DNA of 64,000 nucleotides from Candidatus Limnocylindria bacterium (lineage in GTDB: Bacteria; Chloroflexota; Limnocylindria; P2-11E), in assembly GCA_035708565.1 (NCBI GenBank), contig DASSSF010000031.1, positions 10,277 through 74,276 of the forward strand. The letters run 5' to 3'. A program made the position numbers and the translations under genes. The notes beneath the pieces are model-generated. The model was given only the letters and a program-made list of their open reading frames with translations, was not told the DNA's origin and made no database searches. Positions 59,640 through 64,000 of the stretch are shown piece after piece. Each line of letters opens with the position of its first letter. Position 1 is the stretch's first letter.

Positions 59640-60494
59640 CTAGGACCGGCCGACGGTGATCGGGAGGGATGGGTCGTTGCCCCATTCCTCCCACGACCCG
59701 TCGTACGTGCGCACGTCGTCGTGGCCGAGCGAATGGAGCACGAGGTGCGTGAAGGCCGCGCGCACGCCCGCCTGGCAGTACGTGATCGTGCTCGTCTCGG
59801 GGCCGAAGCCGGCGTCGGCGTAGAGCCGCTCGAGCTCGTCGGCGTCCCTCAGCATCCAGTCGTCGTCGAGCGCCGAGCGCCAGAGGATGTTCACCGACCC
59901 CGGGATGTGCCCGCCGCGTGCCGCGCGTACCTCCTCGCCCGAGTGCTCCGCGGGTCGCCGGACGTCGAGGATCCACGGATCGCCCTTGCGCACCGCCGCG
60001 AGCACCTCGGCCTTCGTCGCGATCACACCCTCACGCGGGCGCGGCTCGAAGCGCGCCGTCGCCACGCGTACCTCGCCGCTCTCGAGGGGCCGGCCTTCGC
60101 GCTCCCACTTCTGGATGCCGCCCTCCATGACGCCGAAGCGGTCGTGGCCGTAGCGGCGGAGCGCGAGCCAGAGCCGCGCCGCGTGGTGCCCGCCCTCGGC
60201 GTCGTACGCGATGACCTGCGTGTCGTTCGAGATCCCGAGGCGAGCCATGACGCGCGCGAACCCGCTCGCGTCGATGAGCATGTGCTGCGGGTGCCCGGAC
60301 GGCGGCGGGGGAGCGCTGAGGTCCTTCGACCAGTCGACGTGCACGGCTCCCGGGAGGTGGCCGCGGAGGTGCTCCTCGTGCGCGTCGTGGTCGAAGGCGA
60401 AGCGGCAGTCGACGACGCGAACGAGCGGGTCCGAGAGCGCCTCGGCGACGCGGTCGGTCGACCAGAACAGGTCGGGTCGCGCGAGCGGGGACAT
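59640..60494 (-). CDS. sseA: Thiosulfate/3-mercaptopyruvate sulfurtransferase (tandem rhodanese domains)
   Basis: Two rhodanese domains; catalytic loop TYCQAGVRAAF. Confidence 0.8.
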   Translation of the reverse strand: MSPLARPDLFWSTDRVAEALSDPLVRVVDCRFAFDHDAHEEHLRGHLPGAVHVDWSKDLSAPPPPSGHPQHMLIDASGFARVMARLGISNDTQVIAYDAEGGHHAARLWLALRRYGHDRFGVMEGGIQKWEREGRPLESGEVRVATARFEPRPREGVIATKAEVLAAVRKGDPWILDVRRPAEHSGEEVRAARGGHIPGSVNILWRSALDDDWMLRDADELERLYADAGFGPETSTITYCQAGVRAAFTHLVLHSLGHDDVRTYDGSWEEWGNDPSLPITVGRS

Positions 60495-60511
60495 CCAGCG
60501 AGACTCTAGCG

Positions 60512-60829
60512 ATGCTCCGCGGGAACCTCCGCCGCGCGCTCGCCCTCGCGCGGAGACGCACGTACCGCGGCGAGCCGCTCCGCGTGACGCTGTACGAGCG
60601 CGCGGGATGCGGACTCTGCGAGGAAGCACATCGTGCGCTCCGTCGGATCGCGCTCGACCGCGCGCTCGACATCGCGCGGGTCGACCTCGAGGCCGATGCG
60701 ACGCTCCACGACCGTTACGCCCCGCGCATCCCCGTGCTCGCGGCCGCCCGGAACGAGCTCGACGCAGCCGGGCTCGACGACGCGGCGATCGCCCGCTGGA
60801 TGGAGGACATCCGGCCGAGCACTCGCTAA
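60512..60829 (+). CDS. Glutaredoxin-like (DUF836, thioredoxin-fold) protein
   Basis: 105 aa; LYERAGCGLCEEA CxxC motif. Confidence 0.6.
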   Translation: MLRGNLRRALALARRRTYRGEPLRVTLYERAGCGLCEEAHRALRRIALDRALDIARVDLEADATLHDRYAPRIPVLAAARNELDAAGLDDAAIARWMEDIRPSTR

Positions 60830-60930
60830 CCTGTCCGGTGGTGGGTGGGGAGCGCGGTCCCGACAGCGGGTCGGGACCGTCCGGAGGCGCCGGGCGGTCC
60901 GCGGCCGACGCACGTCGCGAGCACGAGCGG

Positions 60931-63387
60931 ATGCAGCGCGAGGCCGAGGCCCGCCAGGGCGTGCCGGGAGGCGTGACCGGCCAGGACGCGGAGAACCTCG
61001 CCGGGCAGCAGCAAGAGGACCACCGCCGCGAGCTGAGTGAGCGATGGGCCGACCGCGAGCTCGAGGGGTCGCGCCGGCCGTTCGAGGCGGAGCCGCAGCC
61101 CGCGGAGTCGATCATGGACGAGATCGACCACACCCACGCCAGCACCGGGCCTATGGGCCTCGCGCCCGAGCCGCAGCCCGTCATCACGGGCGGGATGCTG
61201 GACGCGCTCAAGAAGCCCGAGAACATGATCCGCCTCGCGGGCATGGGCCTCGGCCTCATCGGCCTCCTGCTGCTGCTCGCGGGCCTCCGGGCCGAGGCCG
61301 GGCAGGTCTCACCGCCGTCGCCCGCGTCGCCGGCGCCGACCGCCGCGGCGACGGGCACGCCGCTGACACAGGCGACCCCGGCGGTGAACGGCACCGCCAC
61401 GGCGACGGCGTCGTTCGTCAAGGTCAGCGGCCCGTGCAGCCTCGCGGCGCGCTTCACCGACCGCTACTCGTTCGCGGCGACGAACGGCGCGCTCACGCTC
61501 ACGCAGCTGTCGAACGGCCACGTCTCGCGCGGGACGATCGCCCCCGCCGGCGACTTCACGACGAGCGCCGAGGGGCAGGGCTACCGCGGGAAGATCACCG
61601 GAACGGCGGTCGAAGGACAGCACACGTACACGGCCCAGGGCTGCAACGAGGTCTACAGCTTCACGATGCAGCTCTCCGGCCCGCTCCTCGCCGGCGGGAC
61701 CGCCCCCGCGGCGAACCGGCCGCCGGAAGCGGGCCCGATCGTCGCCCGGCAGGTCGACACGACGACGACGTACACGGTGCAGAACGTCCGCGACCCCGAC
61801 GGCGACACGCTCCGCTACCGCTGGACGACCACGAACCCGTGCGGTCCGCCCAGCGGCGAGACGACGACGACGACGTTCACCTGGCCCCATCCGCACACGT
61901 CGCTGCCGGGCTCCTGCCCCGAGGAAGCGTTCCATCCCGCCACGATCACCGTGACGATCGACGACGGGCGCTTCTCGATCAGGCGCGAGTACGTCCAGGG
62001 CTCGCGATCGGGCACCGGTAGCGTGCCGCTCGCGGGCGTCGGCATCTCGACGATCGCGCCCTCGCCGACCGCGGTACCGACGGCGATCCCGACGACGGCG
62101 GCGCCGACGGCGACCGCGACGGTCGGTGGAGCGAGCGGCGGCGGACCGAACGTGCCGCTCGCCGGCCTCGGGCTGCTCCTCGTGCTCACCGGACTCGGCA
62201 CGGTGCTCCTCGGCCCTCGCCTCGCAGGCGGACCGCTCGTCGCGCAGCAGAAGGACGCGGAGGAGGACCCCTGCGCCCGCGAACGCGCCAGGGAACGGGC
62301 CGCGGCGCAGGCGCGTGACGCGGCCGACGAGAGGAGCCGGAGGATCCAGGATCTCCAGCAGAACGCGCGGTCGACGTCCCGGGACGCGCAGGCGAAGGAG
62401 CAGGCCGCCGCGGACGCCGCACGGGGCGCCTCGTCGTACCAGGGCAGCGACGGCCGGACGGTGTACACGAACCCGCAGCAGCGGGCGCGCATCGAGGCTG
62501 CGCAGGCGGAAGCGGCCGCCGCTCGGAGCGCCGCCGATGCCGCGCAGCGTGCTTTCGACGCCGCCGGCGGGGCGGGGGAGATCCAGGCCGCGGGCGACGA
62601 GGTCTTCCGCGCGCATCGCGAGCACCGCGACGCGAAGGCGTCGCTCGATGCGTGCCTGCGCCTCGTGTCGATGGCGACGCCGGCACCGGCGCCGACCGGC
62701 GGCGGCGCGGCCTCGACAGGTGGCGCCACGACGGCGGGCGGCGGCGTTGCTGTGGCGCCGGGCACGCAGGACGGCACGCAGACCCGGACCCGGCCGTGTC
62801 CGCCGGGCTCGCCGCCGCGCAACGAGGTCACGACCGAGCTCACGTTCGACATGCACGACATCGGCAACGCCCAGATCGTGGTCGAGGGCACGCGCCACAA
62901 CACCGACGACTCGCATGCGCGCGGCTTCCTCGGGCACCTCGAGAGCATCAACGAGAACTTCGATCGCGCGAAGATCGGCCGCGGCCTCGCGGAGGGCGAG
63001 TACGTCGGCGCGGGGCTCGACGCGCTCGAGTTCCCCGACTTCCTCACGTACTTCGGCGGCATGAGGGAGCGGCTCGACGCCGGGATGAACGACCTGCTCG
63101 AGCGCCTGCGGCAGCACCGCCGCCAGGGGACCTACACGGTCGAGTTCACGACCCACACGTTCAAGATCACCTGCCGGAAGTGGGAGGAGTGCGTCGACGG
63201 CGAGTGGGTCGCGCGCAGCCAGGCGACGCTCGCGCTCATCCGCTCGCGCAACGGCACGAGGGGACCTGAGGTCATCTCGGATGAGAACGCGCGGCGGCAG
63301 TGGATCAACGGCATCTTCGCCGCGCTCGAGCGGAGCAATGCTTCGGCGCAGGAGCGCGCCGACCGGTTCCGCCAGCAGTGCCAGTAG
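60931..63387 (+). CDS. Large hypothetical two-TM membrane protein (about 818 aa) with extracytoplasmic Thr/Pro-rich Cys-containing domain and cytoplasmic coiled-coil plus C-terminal globular domain; start uncertain (alternative GTG at 60838)
   Basis: TM1 MIRLAGMGLGLIGLLLLLAGL, TM2 VPLAGLGLLLVLTGLGTVLLG; Ala/Arg/Gln coiled coil ARERARERAAAQARDAADERSRRIQDLQQ...; no recognisable family. Confidence 0.5.
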   Translation: MQREAEARQGVPGGVTGQDAENLAGQQQEDHRRELSERWADRELEGSRRPFEAEPQPAESIMDEIDHTHASTGPMGLAPEPQPVITGGMLDALKKPENMIRLAGMGLGLIGLLLLLAGLRAEAGQVSPPSPASPAPTAAATGTPLTQATPAVNGTATATASFVKVSGPCSLAARFTDRYSFAATNGALTLTQLSNGHVSRGTIAPAGDFTTSAEGQGYRGKITGTAVEGQHTYTAQGCNEVYSFTMQLSGPLLAGGTAPAANRPPEAGPIVARQVDTTTTYTVQNVRDPDGDTLRYRWTTTNPCGPPSGETTTTTFTWPHPHTSLPGSCPEEAFHPATITVTIDDGRFSIRREYVQGSRSGTGSVPLAGVGISTIAPSPTAVPTAIPTTAAPTATATVGGASGGGPNVPLAGLGLLLVLTGLGTVLLGPRLAGGPLVAQQKDAEEDPCARERARERAAAQARDAADERSRRIQDLQQNARSTSRDAQAKEQAAADAARGASSYQGSDGRTVYTNPQQRARIEAAQAEAAAARSAADAAQRAFDAAGGAGEIQAAGDEVFRAHREHRDAKASLDACLRLVSMATPAPAPTGGGAASTGGATTAGGGVAVAPGTQDGTQTRTRPCPPGSPPRNEVTTELTFDMHDIGNAQIVVEGTRHNTDDSHARGFLGHLESINENFDRAKIGRGLAEGEYVGAGLDALEFPDFLTYFGGMRERLDAGMNDLLERLRQHRRQGTYTVEFTTHTFKITCRKWEECVDGEWVARSQATLALIRSRNGTRGPEVISDENARRQWINGIFAALERSNASAQERADRFRQQCQ

Positions 63388-63872
63388 CCGACCTCGCGAT
63401 CCTCGCGCTCATCGGCCAGCAGGCCTGGACCGGTCGTCGCGTCGGCTTCGTGATGGGGGTATTCCAGCTCGTCGTCACGGTCGCGTCGATCGTCGCGGCG
63501 CTCGTGTTCGAGGAGCCCGTCGGCCTTGCGCTCGACGACGTGATGCCCCTGGATGCGGGCACGCGCCGGCTCGTCGTCTTCGCGATCATCAGCACCGCGG
63601 CGTCCTACGGCTTCGGCTTCATCGGCGGCCGGATCCTCGGGCCGCTCATGGCGCGCCAGGCACGCTCGCGCGCGACCGTGGCGCTCGACCGCGCCCTCGG
63701 CCTCGTCCCGGCCGCCGTCCGCGGCGTCGTGTACGCCGGCAGCATGGTGTACATGGCGCGCATCGCCCTCCCCGAGGATCACGACGTCCGCGTGCAGCTC
63801 GCTACGTCCGTCCTCGCGCCGATCGCCGAGGCGGTCTTCACCGCGGTCACCCCGTTCGCGCGCGCGCTTTGA
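63378..63872 (+). CDS. cvpA: CvpA-family (colicin V production-like) membrane protein
   Basis: GTG start overlaps the previous gene by 10 nt; 4 TM helices; LALIGQQAWTGRRVGF... pattern. Confidence 0.55.
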   Translation: MPVADLAILALIGQQAWTGRRVGFVMGVFQLVVTVASIVAALVFEEPVGLALDDVMPLDAGTRRLVVFAIISTAASYGFGFIGGRILGPLMARQARSRATVALDRALGLVPAAVRGVVYAGSMVYMARIALPEDHDVRVQLATSVLAPIAEAVFTAVTPFARAL

Positions 63873-64000
63873 TCCGCGCGGTCGTCTTCGACCTCGGCGG
63901 GACGCTCGTCGAGTTCCCCGAGTGGGACGAGCGCGCGGGGGAGAAGTGGAGCGCGTCGTACGACGCCCTCGAGGCGCTGTCGCTCGCGCCACCGCGGCGC
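63869..64000 (+). CDS. HAD-superfamily hydrolase, N-terminal fragment (continues beyond the window)
   Basis: TTG overlaps the cvpA stop (TTGA); LIRAVVFDLGGTLVEF contains HAD motif I DxDGTL. Confidence 0.5.
   Translation, partial: MIRAVVFDLGGTLVEFPEWDERAGEKWSASYDALEALSLAPPRR

Overview
This is a 64 kb window of a very GC-rich (about 70%+) bacterial chromosome with the gene order and coding style of an actinobacterium-like organism. It is dense core-genome DNA: almost every gene is translationally coupled through 4-nt GTGA/ATGA overlaps, and there are no transposases, CRISPR arrays, rRNA or tRNA genes. Coordinates are ORF-track based and may be off by 1 to 3 nt where a start was inferred.

Main blocks, from start to end:
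- A partial trpE/pabB followed by trpG/pabA, convergent on a minus-strand aromatic amino-acid supraoperon: aroA-pheA, a leader/attenuator, then aroH-DAHPS-tyrA-aroE-aroC-aroK::aroB-aroQ.
- A divergent pair: a hypothetical membrane-anchored protein plus a PPOX-like protein.
- A minus-strand zinc-metallopeptidase gene followed by a phosphodiester-glycosidase gene.
- A coupled amidohydrolase and beta-lactamase-fold serine hydrolase pair, then NfeD and an SPFH protein.
- A 380-nt intergenic region carrying two Cheo-like boxes, upstream of a ligase-like gene coupled to gdhA.
- A DnaQ-exonuclease/DinG-helicase fusion, a small hypothetical, and two tandem Flp pilin genes.
- The conserved rpsB-tsf-pyrH-frr-uppS-cdsA-dxr-rseP cluster.
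- An ABC-2 transporter (ATPase and two permeases), a secreted PT-rich protein and a secreted RlpA-like protein.
- ispG, a DUF2029-like membrane protein, a pentapeptide-repeat protein, a bactofilin, a class III nucleotide cyclase, proS, ruvB, two tandem DUF2905 genes and a DUF59 gene.
- Minus-strand APH-like kinase and PduO-type adenosyltransferase, then a small lysine-rich ORF, recA and recX, MFS and PCD genes on the minus strand.
- rny-ymdB-PHP, a membrane protein, and a moxR-DUF58-DUF4129-miaA-dapF-hflX operon.
- A rhodanese gene (sseA), a glutaredoxin-like gene, a large two-TM coiled-coil protein, cvpA and the start of a HAD hydrolase.

The strongest candidate for something undescribed is a ribosome-mediated attenuator between pheA and aroH. 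Its 31-aa leader peptide (MTAMRTTYRRFGFAYAYWAWAAASAEGAVSG) is rich in Phe/Tyr/Trp and sits immediately upstream of a terminator and a competing antiterminator.

Other notable observations:
- Two tandem GAAC-N4-GTTC (Cheo/SOS-like) boxes in front of a DNA-ligase-like gene whose catalytic motif I is degenerate (ExKxDGxR to EPEWSGTR) and which is GTGA-coupled to gdhA.
- Two tandem orphan Flp pilin genes separated by a perfect 13-bp hairpin.
- A 51-aa lysine-rich ORF with a strong SD sequence just upstream of recA.
- An about 820-aa membrane protein with two TM helices and a coiled coil, of unknown family.
- A secreted N-terminal domain shared by two otherwise unrelated exoenzymes.
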